A stretch of 64,000 nucleotides of DNA from Octopus sinensis (GCF_006345805.1 NC_043012.1:6510001-6574000), one strand, 5' to 3'. Shown: positions 26,862 to 41,112, counted from the stretch's first letter. The notes: generated by a model not told the origin, from the letters alone. Program-made: numbers and translations.

Positions 26862-27308
26862 GAAAAGAGATGTAGAATGAGTGAAAGTTGTAATGGAGTG
26901 ATAAGTGAGTAAGAGTGTTAGTACAGAAACTGTTGTTGGTTTGTGATTTCAAACTCCGTTTCCGTTTCTCCTTCAGGCTTTCTTTAACATCCACATACAA
27001 ACACACACATATAGTCACAAGCATGGCTTTGTGTTAAGGAATTTCCTTCCTTATTGCATGCCTACAGTTCCACTGTGTGACATCTTGGGCAAGTGTTTTC
27101 TACTTTATCCCCATGCTGACCAATGCCTTGTGAATGAATTTGCTTTATGGAAACTGAAAGAAGTCTGTTGAATGTGTGTGTGTTAAAGAAAGCTTGAAGG
27201 AGAAAGGAAAACCAAGTTTGATATTACAAACTGACAACAGTTTTTGTACTAACACTCCTACTCACTTATTACTCCATTATTACTTTCACTATTTCTACAT
27301 CTCTTTTC
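26862..27308. repeat. Inverted repeat, ~128-bp arms (26862-26989 / 27181-27308), enclosing a SINE A fragment
   Basis: The left arm gaaaagagatgtaga...gctttctttaaca is the reverse complement of the right arm at roughly 80% identity (by eye). Confidence 0.85.
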
Positions 27309-27869
27309 ATTAATTTTTTATAGCCATATCTACATACATCCCAGATTTTAGAATAGATACATCATATTATTGCATGTCATTAGAAGCAAATAAAAACGTT
27401 GGTGTCAGTCAGGTAGGGCATCCAATTGTAAGACACTGTCTGAAAAAGTCCTGTCTAATACATGTGATAAGACAGAGCAAATAGAAAAGTAATGATAATG
27501 ATGTTTGCATAAATATTGATTATTGTTTCCAGCATCCTCTATATGATAGCTTTGCCTGCTAGAAATAACAACCAAATTTCCTTCAAGTCATACCCTACTG
27601 TTTTAAAAGATTAAGATGATACATTAGATAGTGTATTCCTTTACATACAATGACTGTAAAAAAAAATGTGGGTGAGATGGTGATCAGGGCTGAAATTGAA
27701 ATCCTGTCTGACCCATGCAGGCATGGAAAAGTAGACATAAAATGATGACAATGATGATGATAGTGATTCTGAATATAATGAAAACAAACAGCTACTAAAC
27801 TGATTAACAGTTATTGTAAATAACCCACACACTTTGATCAAAGCTCAGTTGGAGACATGATGCTTCTTT

Positions 27870-28215
27870 TTTCCAAGCCTATTCTTTCATGACGATGGTG
27901 GTCTCCGCCCTTATGTGGTACACTTCAGCAATACTCTCACCATGCAGAACAACTTAATTTAGCAGTCTCTTTAGGTCTTTAGGTTATGTCACTCTTACCA
28001 TTTCTCACTCTCAGACTTTCTCAAAGCAATTCAAAGCGGTTCACCCAATCTTTCCTTCCCAGAACAGTGAATCCTCTTGAATTCCATACCCTCTTCCATT
28101 CCTCTTATGTTTACAGCGTATCAGATACACCCCTTCCAAAACACCATCATAATTTACACTATACAAGTTACCCAAAACTTCCCCTTGAATATTGGGGCTT
28201 GTGCCATTCTTTATG
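27870..28215 (+). mobile_element. Possible degenerate CR1/L2/Jockey-type LINE 3' end
   Basis: The segment RFTQSFLPRTVNPLE resembles the ..SFFPRT..LWN.LP 3' motif; heavily decayed. Confidence 0.35.
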
Positions 28216-30299
28216 CTCATATATATATATATATATATATATACAAGTGAGTGGACAAATGAAAGAAGGGCAGTCAATCAATTTATTGGGAGTTACATGT
28301 ATGGATCAAAAATTTGATTTAAATTCATTGGAACTCTAGTGTTTCAAGCATGATGCTAGTCATCAGCCATTTTGACTTCAAATGACAGAAGTTGATTGTT
28401 ATTACTGTAAGGTAGGCTGCAATTGGTTGAGGAAGGTCACATGGTATTGTGGTTTGATGTTGGTATATGGGTAACAGTTAGAAAATACTGCATGGCAAAC
28501 AGAAAATTGACCACGTGGAGGGCAGGAGAGAGTTCACATGGTAATTAGATATCAGTTAGGTTGTTTTTGATGGGGGAAGTAGGAAAGGGTGGCATGTGCA
28601 AATATATAGTTCTATATGCGGGTGTATAGATGCACTCGTATAGTTTTGCGTGCATGTGAATTTTGATGTGAGTGTGCACATGGGTGTGCATGCACACGCT
28701 TGGATGACTAATCACAGCCCAACTTAGAGTAATAACATTCAACTTCTTTGATCTTTCTCTCTCTCTATATATATATACATACCTATATACTTACACACAT
28801 ATATATGTATGTATTAAAGTACAGATGTGGATATATAAATGTCAGAGGGATAGAAATGTCCAAGATTAGACTGGTTGAAAACTTTATAATACAGGCAAAA
28901 CACACATAAATATTAGTATTATAAAACTTTGCATACCGAAAGTGTTTGACACTCTATAAATATCAGCGGCCTGTCAACAGGGATCTTAGTCCACACAGTA
29001 TCAAGGTATGATATAATAAATATGTAACATATGGTATGATTATAATCAGGGCAAATTTTAGCCATTTCTCTGCAGGCTAAAAAATTTTAGCCATTTCTCT
29101 GCGGGCTAAAAAAAACTGTTGGATGAAAGTGATGATTGTTAGGGTTCTCCAATTTCTCGCTGAACACAGTCTATAGAGATCAAATGTTTGTGTTCACATA
29201 AGCTCCCTCCTGCCATCAAATCTACATTACCTCTACAGATGCATGATGTTCTACATGTCAGATGGTAAAATGAAGTGTTTTGCTCAAGAACACAATGCAA
29301 CTTCTGGTTTGGGAATTGAAACCACAATCTTGCAACTGTGAGTGCAACACCCTAACCACTAAGCCATACATATACATATATTTGCGTATATGTATATGTT
29401 TATAAATGTATGCATGTATGGGTGTTTTGTGTGTAACTTTGTCTGGGCATTACATGATGGTTATAAATGTGTGTTATCATCATACAAGTAAGGTTGTCCA
29501 TTTTGTGTCTTTCATGAAAAACATGTCTAGCTATGGGTAAACATTCTCTTGACTTGAAACAGGTGAGGACTGGCAACAGGAAGGGCATCTGATTGTGGTT
29601 GTCATACACAATATTCTATGGTCTCTCACACTGACATATTGCCTTGTCTTTTCCTGTCTTGGCCTTGCAGTACTTGGTGCAATTGTAGGTGTAACTTCAT
29701 GAGATATGGCATATCTTGAGCATTTTAAAACCTAGTGGCATTCACCATTCTCTAGGTCTGACAACAGTTGATTTGTCACAGAAAGAGATAAAGATAAGGG
29801 AACAGAAAGTGAGTGAGAACATCTGAGTCCCTTTAATGGAGTTGTACATTAGTAATCCATTCTGAAAGGTAGAAAGGCCAAAGTTGTCTTTAGTGGGATT
29901 TGAACTCAGACTACGCAGAGAGCCAGAACAAATAGCACTGATCATTCTAGCTGACACTCTAACAACCCAGCCAACATCTCACCTAAATGTTGGTTCAATT
30001 AATCAATGTCACTTTATAATTTGTGCTGTTATTGGCCCTGAGAGAATGAAGTGAAAATCTGGCCTCAGTGAAATTTGAACTCATAATGCAGAGTGGCAAT
30101 AATAAATACTGCTCTTTGCACCTGCTCCAATCCTCTATCAACCTTTCTGCTCTCTGACGTTCATACCTATCACTGTTATTCTTCTCACACCTTGTTATAA
30201 TCTGTATTAGTTTTGTCAGAGAAGGATCCCTTTCTGTATTAGAGATGCATATCCATCATCAAGTGCACATTTACAGACTACACACCATATGAGTAATCT

Positions 30300-30580
30300 G
30301 TTTCAGGTGAGATACAACAGCAGTTTATTGTGCAGCTGCAGTCAATCAAAAACAAGCAGATGCAGTCTTTTGTTTAGATATACATACATCAACTAGCCAG
30401 TGCACACGCATACACTCACTTGCAGCCCCACCTCACACACAGTGGTCCTTCACTTTCACTAAGCTGTTTGCTTCATGCAGTTGCATACAGCTGCAGTCTG
30501 TTGCTACAGTAACAGCAGCAGAAATAGACCCTATTGAAATATCTATTGCATATTTACACTTCTATATTTAGTACAGAAAT
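30300..30580. promoter_or_regulatory. Candidate intronic enhancer or alternative promoter
   Basis: Repeat-free island with a MEF2-consensus CTATATTTAG (30562-30571), two CAGCTG E-boxes (30333-30338, 30488-30493) and a minus-strand donor-like CAA|GTGAGT at 30420/30419. Confidence 0.3.
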
Positions 30581-31287
30581 CCAGCGCAATACCTGCACAA
30601 AGTTTTTTTTTAATACAATATAATTGAATTCACATTCATGGCTAATTACAGTAATTTTCTAAACCTTAAATATGCCAGTAATTAGCTAATTGCTAATTAT
30701 GAACTGCTGCTATAGCTATAATTTACATAACTCAAAATGAACAATCAGATATACACCTGGTAGAGAAAGAAGCAAAATGGTTTATTGGATATTGTACTGG
30801 ATTATCATCTTGTAGGTCTTGAGTTCAAATCCACATCAATCCTTTCTTAGTGTTTGTTAGAATGTTTGAGAGAATATATTTAATTCTAACTTAGCTTAAT
30901 TCTAACTGAAAGAAGCCCATCGTATATATGTATATATATATATATATATGTGTATGTGTGTGTGTTTTTGTGTCTGTGTTTGTCCCCCTAGCATTGCTTG
31001 ACAACCGATGCTGGTGTCTTTATGTCCCCATTACTTAGCGGTTCGGCAAAAGAGACCGATAGAATAAGTACTGGGCTTACAAAAGAATAAGTCTCGGGGT
31101 CGAGTTGCTCGATTAAAGGCGGTGCTCCAGCATGGCCACAGTCAAATGACTGAAACAAGTAAAAGAGTAAAGAGCTTGACAAAATGTTCAGAATAACTAC
31201 CAGATCAACTGAAAATATTATGATATCCCAAAGAGACCATCCTCCTGTAAAGAGCACATACATATATTAATAATTGGTGATATGTAT

Positions 31288-31319
<32 letters not shown>

Positions 31320-32483
31320 TGCCATCGTTTTGACACCCACCTTTCCATGCCAGCATGGGTCAGTTTACTGAGGCGAAATTTTTTTAAGCAGATGTCCTTA
31401 CTCTAGCATCTTTCACCTGTTTACAAGCAGAGTACTAATATTTCCCCATAGCTAGACAATTCTGTAGAATATTGGAAAAGATTGACACCGCTTGTATGGG
31501 AATAACATCTCACTTATTTACAACTTGTTGTGTCTCATCGACATTGTTATGTCCTTCTTTGAACTCACTGGATATGCGACTTTATAACGTGGACATATAA
31601 CAAGGTTATAACAATACAAATATCAATCAGAAACAACATGTAACAAACAATATCTATTCTCAACGACTTCTACGACTGTCTTCACAAAGCACCTGCACAC
31701 ACCACACTGTCCTTCACTGACAGAGTGCATGTACCTTAATATGGTTTAGGACAGTTGACTTGCTATCCCACAGGGGTGTCAGGATTTCACTGCAACACAA
31801 CTACCATTTGATGTCAAGACTAGGAGACACATACACACATATTGATATAGTTAAACTATGTGTTAGAAGTAGCTGATATTATCAATATCACATACATAAT
31901 GCACCAGGATCTGTGATAGTTTATTTGACAAAGATCTCTGCTAAGACTTAAAGTATTAAAAAACATAATGTACTTCAGAGCTTGGTGAGACAAAACTACC
32001 CTGGAAGTGAAGCCAGTATTTCATAGCACATTGCTGCTTATCAATGTCGTGTACTAGCTTCACTTCTGAAACAAAATCTAAATCACCAGCCTGATTTATA
32101 TATAAATAGTGTTAAAACTATTTGCTTATTGACATTAGCATTGTGCAAGCAGAATAAATTCAAATTATGTGTTAGAAAGAGTTCAATAATGTAAACATTA
32201 TCAATAATATATACTTAATATATGTGTATTAAGTAAATATTAATACATATGTATTATATTAATGCATACTTAAAATACCTGGAGCTATAGTTTTGCATCT
32301 GGAAAAGATCCTTTTAAAGGCACGAAGCAGTTTCATCTAGCTCTGAGGTATAAAGTGTTTTTTAACAAGTTATGTCTTTAAAGAGATCTTTCCCAGATGA
32401 AAAACCACAGTTCCTGGCATTTATAAGAACATTCAAGCATTAAATACATGATCTGTATTTATGTCTGTCTATATGTATGTAGG

Positions 32484-32666
<183 letters not shown>

Positions 32667-32886
32667 TAATTTTTTTCCATTGGTAGAGTTCGAAGTAGAT
32701 AAATCAATAAATATTGGGTTGAAAAACTCCTTGGATAGCAAAAGTTAGAGGGTGTCAGGAGGGCAGCCTTGGAATATATGCACATAAAAAAAAAACCCAA
32801 AATTTTATTTCACAATCTCTTTAAGTTTCTAAATTTTTGTGACACAAACAATGTGTGTGTGTATGTGTATATATATATATATATAT

Positions 32887-33093
32887 AGTTAATCCAAACA
32901 AGAAAACACAAAAAAAACAAAACACAACAACGCGAGGACGTGGAACAAATAAAGTATTATTGGACACTCAGGAAGGAAGGGAAGAAGGAGGGTTTAGCGT
33001 TTCGAGCGGAGCTCTTCGTCAGAAACATAGGAGAAGGAAAGATCCCGAGAAGGGAAGACAGAGGAAAAAAATCGCCGGCGGTACTCACGATGT

Positions 33094-33098
<5 letters not shown>
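32887..33098 (-). mobile_element. Family E short element, CpG-rich copy, flanked by (TA)n
   Basis: Reverse complement of 9321-9531. Confidence 0.8.
32992..33026 (-). ncRNA. Minimal type-I hammerhead motif with U16.1>C change
   Basis: GTTT-CTGACGA-A-GAGC-tcc-GCTC-GAAA-CG-C-T-AAAC: perfect stems I and II; triplet GCU instead of GUU. Confidence 0.8.
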
Positions 33099-33136
<38 letters not shown>

Positions 33137-33172
33137 GCATATACATACATACATACATACTACATACATACA

Positions 33173-33281
<109 letters not shown>

Positions 33282-33475
33282 CATACATATATATTTGTGT
33301 GTGTGTGTGTGAACATGGTGGGTTTCTTTTTCATTTTCTGTCTATCATTTTCACTTGTAAGCTTTGGTCAGCCCAGAGCTACAGTAGAAGACTCTTGCCC
33401 TATGTGCCATGCAATATGACTGAACTCCAAGACAATGTGGTTTAGAAGCAAAGTTCTTACCACACTGCCATACTT

Positions 33476-33520
<45 letters not shown>

Positions 33521-34221
33521 GATGTGTATGTGTGTGTATATATACATACATACATATACGTATGTATATATATACAGATGTATATATGTTGTCTGTCTTT
33601 CTGTCTGTTGGTATTCCACTCAATATTTTCTATCCCTCTCCGCTCCCTTTCTCGTTCTCTCTTTAACTATCAATCTATGTATCTATCACCCAGACCCTTT
33701 CATTTCTCCATTTCATATTTACCCTTCTTCCATTTCTTCTCTCTTCTTATACAAACACACGCCTTTACTCCATCTCCTTTAATAAACCCAACAGAAAAAT
33801 CCCATAAACTTCCATAAACTCACATAACCCACATCAGCCCCCATAAACTCTAATCAAGAAACAATAGCTCTCTCTACCATCTAACTTATATCCTTCCCAA
33901 TAGGGGGTATGATGCTCAGTTAATGAAGTTTTACTGCTCATAATGAAAATCTCAGCAGGCTTTTGGATGGTGGGGGAATTTCCCTATCGTACAAGAATTA
34001 GACATTTATCTGCCATAGATTTGTTAATATGATCTGAAGAAAGGCATAAAGATTATTAACATAACTCTTAAGATGAATTACAAGAATGTTGGTTTTGCTG
34101 TTGTTGTTGTTGTTTTTTAACCCTAGGCCATCAAATAACGATCAGACCTACCATCAATACATTCTTATCTGACTTCTATTGTATTATGTTATGGTATATT
34201 ATATTATATTACATATATACA

Positions 34222-34382
34222 CAGACATGGCTGTGTGGTAAGAAGCTTGCTTCCCAACCACATGGTTCCAAGTTCAGTCCCACTGTGTGTGACACATTAG
34301 GCAAGTGTCTTCTACTGTAGCCTCGGGCTGACCAAAGCCTTGTGATTTGATTTGGTAGACAGAAACTGAAAGAAGCCTGTTG

Positions 34383-34432
<50 letters not shown>

Positions 34433-34685
34433 CATATATGTATGTATAAATCTATGTCTGTGCTTGTCCCCACAGCATCACTTGACAACTGATGTTGGCG
34501 TGTTTACGGCTTTGTGACTTAGCAGTTCAGCAACAAAAGAAATCAATAGAATAAGTACTGGGCTTACAAAGAATAAGTCCTGGGGTTGATTTCTTTGATT
34601 AAAAAACCATTTAAGGTGGTGCTCCAGCATGGCTGCAGTCAAATGACTGAAACAAGTAAAAGAATAAAAGAATAAAAGAATAAAA

Positions 34686-34690
<5 letters not shown>
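34222..34690 (+). mobile_element. SINE family A copy, followed by a degenerate copy at ~34735-35120
   Basis: Match to family A. Confidence 0.85.
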
Positions 34691-34728
<38 letters not shown>

Positions 34729-36641
34729 ATATGACACAGGCATGGCTGTATGGTAAAGAAGTTCTCTTAGCAGATGTATGGCCTGCGTTCAGTCCCACTG
34801 TATGGCACCTGGGGCAAATATATTCTTCTATGGCCCTGGGCTGATCAATGCCCTGTGAGTAAATTTGGAGAAGTCTGTCATATGTGTGTGTGTGTGTGTG
34901 TATGTATATGTGTGTGTGTCTTTGTGTTTATCCCTGCACTGCTTGACAGCCAGTGTTGGTTTGTTTACATCCATGTAACTTAACTGTTCAGTTAAAGACA
35001 AGGTACTAGACTTAAAAAAAAGAATTAAGTATTGGGGGTTGGTATGTATGAATAAACCACTCAAGGTAGTGCCCCAGCATGGCCACAGTCCAATGACAAA
35101 TACAATTAAAAGAAAGACGAATACATCATAAATGTACACTGCCATGTTTCAGACAGCAGGGTGTGATATGAGGGAGATTTGGTTGCTATTTCTGGCAGGC
35201 TGAATGACTGCCTAAAGAGACCCCCCCTCCCACCTAAAGAAACAAAGAGGTTGCTTGTAATATGATGTCTGACATTAAGGTAGGTGAGGTGGCAGAAGCA
35301 TTACCATTCCAAGCAAAATGCTTGGTGGCGTTTTGCCAATCTTCACTTTCTGAGTTGAAATGCTGCCAAGGTTGTCATTGGGTCATCTTCAGGGTCGGTA
35401 AAACAAGTACCAGCTAAATACTGGAGTTGATGTAACCTAATTACTCCATCCCCAGATATTGCTGGCCTTGTGCCAACATTTGAAACCAATAACACAAACA
35501 TTCTTATTCTGCCAAGGTTGTCTTTGCCTTTCATCCTTTCAAGGTTGAACACTATCAGTTAAATTAATGATGATGACGAAGAAGAGAGGAATCTTAGTCT
35601 TGCAAGTTATATGATGACCTCACTGATGTTGGTGCCATGGAAAAAACTACCAGTACACTTTGTAAAGTGGTAAGCTTTAAGAAAGTCTTCCAGCCATAGA
35701 AACCATACCAAAGCAGATATTGGAGCACAATACAGTCTTCTGACCTGTTGGATCCTGTCAAACTATCCAACCCATGTCAGCATGGAAGACAGATGTTAAA
35801 AGATGATAGAGACTACATCGAATGACTTCTGTGTTAATTTATACAGTCAGCACTTCTCATTCTGAACCAAATCATTCTTTATAATCTAGCATTAACCTAT
35901 CCATTTTATAGAGAAACAAAAAAAAACCCCTTCTGTTTTCTGCCTATGCGGAGACAGACAAGGTGAGGCCCTGGAAGGGAATTAACAGATGTTATTACTA
36001 AGAATGTGTGTTCAAATGGCTCAACCTAAGGACTCAATCTTCTGTGAAATTGCAGCAACAAGGATGAATAAATGTGGTTGATAGAGGACTGACCAGGCTG
36101 TTGTTTGTATAAATTGAGACAATCACCATCACTTTGCAGTTTTCCTATATAATCTGTAACCTTTAAAGTTCTATATTTTTCTTACATGCATATGTGTGTG
36201 TACGAGTTTTATGTATAAAGTTTATACACATGCATGTATATGTAAAAAAAGTTTGTCTATGTGTGTATGTATGGGTCTCTTGGTATGTGTGTGAGTGAGT
36301 GTAATGTGACCAATAGAGCATGTTCTTATCTTGGTGAAATTTTGAGTAGAAAATGAAGGACACATTTACACACAAGCTCGCACAAAGAAAACGATAATAT
36401 CTAAAAAATACTGCTAAAAATAAAACATAGTAATATCTTTGATAAACAAAGGGAAAAATGAGAATTAATATCTCAATGTTTTTTCTTAATTAACTAAATA
36501 ATATAGAGATAATAATGATCACACCCAACTCCTTCAGAAAAGAAAAATATAAGTTTAAAAAGAAAATGAAGCATGAAACATTATTATTATCTTTTCTTTA
36601 TCTTTCTCTTTCATAACATGAAAGTAAAAGAACAACAACAA

Positions 36642-37030
36642 GCAAATAGACCAGATATGATTAAGGCTAACAGAAACAAGACCAATGTATTAATTGATAC
36701 AAGTGTATAATTGAATAATATTATATCAATAAATGTATTAAAGAAAAGAGAAACCTATACACAAGCCTCTAATGAGATTGATTGAAAAGATCGAAAGATT
36801 GTGGCACCTCAAGACAAAAACAATGCCAGCCGTTATATAGGCCTAAGGCATGATTAAATAAAAGATGTGTGAAACATTCTGGTAACGTCCCAGGAGAACC
36901 ATCTGTCCCAGAAATTCTAAAAGTAATTCTGACTGGCATTGCATACATACAACAATGACACGTCTCAATTTAACTAGAATACTTATAAATCAATGAGATA
37001 TATCTTAAACACTTGAGTTTCCCATTTAAA
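36642..37030 (+). mobile_element. Degenerate R4/Dong-type 3' fragment (RLE domain) ending at (AAT)n
   Basis: ANRPDMIKANRNKTNVLIDTSV ... IERLWHLKTKTMPAVI ... VPGEPSVPEILKVILTGIAYI. Confidence 0.65.
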
Positions 37031-37431
37031 TAATAATAATAATAATAACAGTAATCCTTTCTTCTATAGGCACAAGGGCTGGAATTTTGTTAGAGAGGGG
37101 CTAAAGAATTTCATTGATCTCCAGAGTTGACTGGTGGTTATTTTATCAGCTGGGAAATGATGAATCGCAAAATTGACGCTGGCAGAATTTGAACTCTGAA
37201 TTTAGAGAAAAATGAAATGCTGTGAAGCATTTTCTCGGGCATCTTAACAATTCTGCTAACTTACCATCTTGAATAATAATAATAATCCTTTCTGAACAAG
37301 GTCTGAAATTTTGGAGGAGGGGGTAAGTCAATTACATTGACCCTAGTGCTCAACTGGTACTTATTCTATCGACCTCGAAATGATGGAAGGTAAAGGTGAT
37401 CTTGGCAGAAATAATAGTAGTAATGATAATA

Positions 37432-37462
<31 letters not shown>

Positions 37463-37493
37463 TAATGATGATGATGATGATGATGATAATAAT

Positions 37494-38040
37494 TGGTAGC
37501 ATTGAAAACTGTGAAAAGTGGGATCTAGAGGGACTCAAGACTTCGTATGAACACAAACCGCAGCGAGTGACAGAGTTGGAAACTAGTAAAATCCTCTGGA
37601 ATTTCCCAGTCCAAACAGATGAAGCACCAGAGCATAACAGACTGGACCTAGTGGTGGTCGACAAGATGCACCTCATGGGCTGTATAGTTATTGTTGCATG
37701 CCCCTCTGAGCCATGAACAGTCAAGAAGAAAAGTGACAAAATTATATAAATACAACCCTCTTAAATACAAACAGCCCAGCTATGGAAAATGAAGAAGGTG
37801 AAGATTGTGCCGGTTACTGTTGGGTCCTTGAGGACTTTATCAGAAGGCATCAAGTGGAGTATAAAGGAAATCAGAATAGAGTGCTCAGTAGAACTGTTAG
37901 AAAAGGTTTGCCTCCTTTGTACGGCCAGAATAATCAGGAAAGTATTAGATAGCTGAATAGAAGGGATATCATGGTACTGTAGGCTGCAGGTAGCAAGCCT
38001 ATTATGCAATGCAAGACTCCAAAAATCCAAAAAAAACCTA
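37494..38040 (+). mobile_element. R4/Dong-type 3' fragment (RLE domain) between two (AAT/GAT)n tracts
   Basis: CEKWDLEGLKTSYEHKPQRVTE...KILWNFPVQTD..PEHNRLDLVVVDK...VACP; QLWKMKKVKIVPVTVGSL. Confidence 0.8.
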
Positions 38041-38073
38041 TGATAAAAATAAATAATAATAATAATAATAATA

Positions 38074-38112
<39 letters not shown>

Positions 38113-38131
38113 GATGATGATGATGATGATG

Positions 38132-38174
<43 letters not shown>

Positions 38175-38554
38175 TAATCCTTTCTACTAAAGACACAAGG
38201 CCTGACATTTTGGGGTAGGGGACTAGTTGATAACATCGACACCAGTGTTTCACTGGTACTTATTTTATAAACTCTGAAAGGATGAAAAGCAGAGTTGACC
38301 ATGGCAGATTTCAAACTTAAAGCATAAGGACAGACAAAATGTCACTAAGCATTTTGCTTGGTGTGCTAACGATTCTGAGCAGTTGGTGACAGGAAGGGCA
38401 TTCAGCTGTAAAAATCCTGCCAAAACAGTCATAGAAGTCTGTTGCAGGCTTTGGCCTGGCCAGCTTTTGTGGTACCGTCCCACCCATGCTTGCATGGAGT
38501 ACGGACGTTAAATGAATAATAAAAATAATAATAATATAATAATAATAATAATAA

Positions 38555-38610
<56 letters not shown>

Positions 38611-39469
38611 ATAATAATAATAATAATAATAATAATATAAAGATGATAATTATACTTTATTAGTTGTTTTTAACTTAGCATCTTTCATAAATGAAAATTT
38701 ATCAACTAAAATGAAAAAAAAAATAAAAAGGATACAAAAAAAAACACATGCGTTAATTATAAGAGACATAATGATTTCATGTCAGATTACAGTAGCTTTG
38801 ATAAGTCACACTTCACAGATTTTTTGAGCAAATGATTAACTTGAAGCAATTGAAACGGAACAGAAACCATGAAGTTCAATGGAAGTCTGTGGTCTTCCTT
38901 TCATTTGATTTGTTGAATTTATAAGTCATGGTTTTATGAACATGGTGTGTGTTAAAGAGAAACGTGGCTGTGGGAGGAGTCGAGTGACAAAGAGTGTGAG
39001 ACATGTAAAAAGAAGGGATCTGAGATGTATAAGTTTACCAAAGGGCTCTTATTATCAATAACATATGCTTAATGTATGTGAGTTGTTTAACTCTTTAGCG
39101 CTCAGATTACTCTGTCAAGTATAATCTTTATCTATTCATAATGCTTTCAATAATCATGTATAGGTAGACCCAGGAAGATGTGGGACAAAGTGGTGAGAAA
39201 GGATATACAGTTGTTGGGACTCACAGAGGGGATGGCAGGGGATCGAGACTCCTGGCAGTTTGCTGTGCTCAAAAAGACCCGTGAAGCTAAGTAAAAGCAT
39301 GGTTACCCTTGCACACAGTCTCATCTCCTGCAACCCTCTCCAGCTGAGCATCCCTAATCTCACAGGCCCGTAGGAGCTGGAGCCATGTAAAAAGCTGTGG
39401 CATGCTGGAGGCACCACGACAAATCAAATCAGGATTTATTCTATGTGTCTCTTTTGCTGACACGCTAGG

Positions 39470-39551
39470 TTAGAGATGTAAACACACCAGTATTAGTTGT
39501 CAAGTTATAGTAGGGGTAGGGGTTTACAACACAGGACACACAAATACATAC

Positions 39552-39624
<73 letters not shown>

Positions 39625-39783
39625 GACAGGCTTCTTTCAATTTCCATCTACCAAATCAACTCACAAGGCTTTGGTTGATCTGAGGCTAGAGCAGAAGGTA
39701 CTTGCCCAAGGTACCATGAAGTAGGACTGAACCCAGAACCATGTGGTGGGAAGCAAGCTTCTTACTACACAGCCACTCCTGTG

Positions 39784-39785
<2 letters not shown>
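39470..39785 (-). mobile_element. SINE family A copy
   Basis: Reverse complement, ending cagccactcctgtgcc. Confidence 0.8.
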
Positions 39786-39829
<44 letters not shown>

Positions 39830-40750
39830 TTGTGTATAATGAATATTTTATATATTTGGATAATAGTCTTGAGAAAAATATGAAAGTCTCAGACACATAT
39901 ACATCAGAGGTCTTTGTGAGAAAGAAAAAAGCACCAACGAGGTTTAAAGCTTTTAGCAAGGTATGAACGTCACACATCCTCTTCCTGCAAAGTTAGAATC
40001 CAAGGCCTTATGTTTATGTATAAAACTAACTCATATATAGTTAACTGCGCTATTGCTTTTGACTAAAAAAAAAGGACATGATTGCCAGATGCTATAATTT
40101 TTCCTTGCTCTATAAATTTGAAGTCTTGAATCTTTATGTGAGATCAATATTCCCTTAATTTGATTAATGGTTTTGACAAAATCATGGAAATCACACATTT
40201 TCAACCCACCTTCATTATAAAATTTCATCGTTTACACCTTTACGAAAAATCTGTATTTTTTGTTTTTTTTAGCTTTATAGGACAATTACAGTTTAACCGA
40301 AGTGAAGTGGATTTTAAGTGAAATGGTTGCTAGATGTCTCTCTGGATATACAGAATAAACGATTTTTTGATTATAAAATATATAAAATTCTGTGTAGGTT
40401 TTAATTATTATATGTAAATTATGTTATTTTGAATATAGACATATAATAAATGATGCATTTGGTAGAGGAGAGGGATATCCAACAAAATTTCTTAAATTTG
40501 ATGATTTTTTACAGCTTAAAGGTATATTTAAAATCTTGTATTTCTCCAAGCAAAAAGAATCTGGAGCTTAATTCCCACTCTTTCACATTGAAGTTTATGT
40601 TAGAGTGTCGGTAATAAACTAATGAAGGATGGGCATGGATGATTTCAAACATTGTAGAGATGAATAGCTACCACTGATTAAGTTTGTTTGATGTTGGTCT
40701 GCGATGAACTTTCATCCTGTTTTCTTTTCTTTTCTTTCAACGTTCTTTTC

Positions 40751-41112
40751 ATTACTTCTGCTTTTGCTAAGACAGAGGTATTTTTTGCAGTCGTGTTTGC
40801 CTGTGGACAAGATATCTCAAGAACTGCAGGATGGATTTGAATAAAACTTTCAGGGATGTTTGGCCTCATGACTGGCATGAACCGATTAGATTTTGGAATT
40901 GATATGGTACCGGACAAAGATTCTGGATTATTTTTCCTGTTTTTTTTTTGCTTAATTTTTGAGAGCAGTTGGGTTCATTTTTAATATTTTCATTTGTGAG
41001 AGCAGTCGAGTTTATTTCAGATATTCTCATTTTAAAAATCATCTCCAGTTAATCGTTGAGAGGACATTGGTGTTGCCTTGGCAGAGGTTTTGGCTCTCTG
41101 AGCGCTGTTGTT
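40751..41112 (+). mobile_element. Probable Helentron-associated non-autonomous element (HINE/DINE-1-like)
   Basis: 5' ACTTCTGC with a nearby inverted partner (CAGAGG), 3' sub-terminal GCAGAGGT, then hairpin GCTC-TCT-GAGC (41093-41103) and a T-rich end; this matches the described HINE architecture. Confidence 0.55.
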
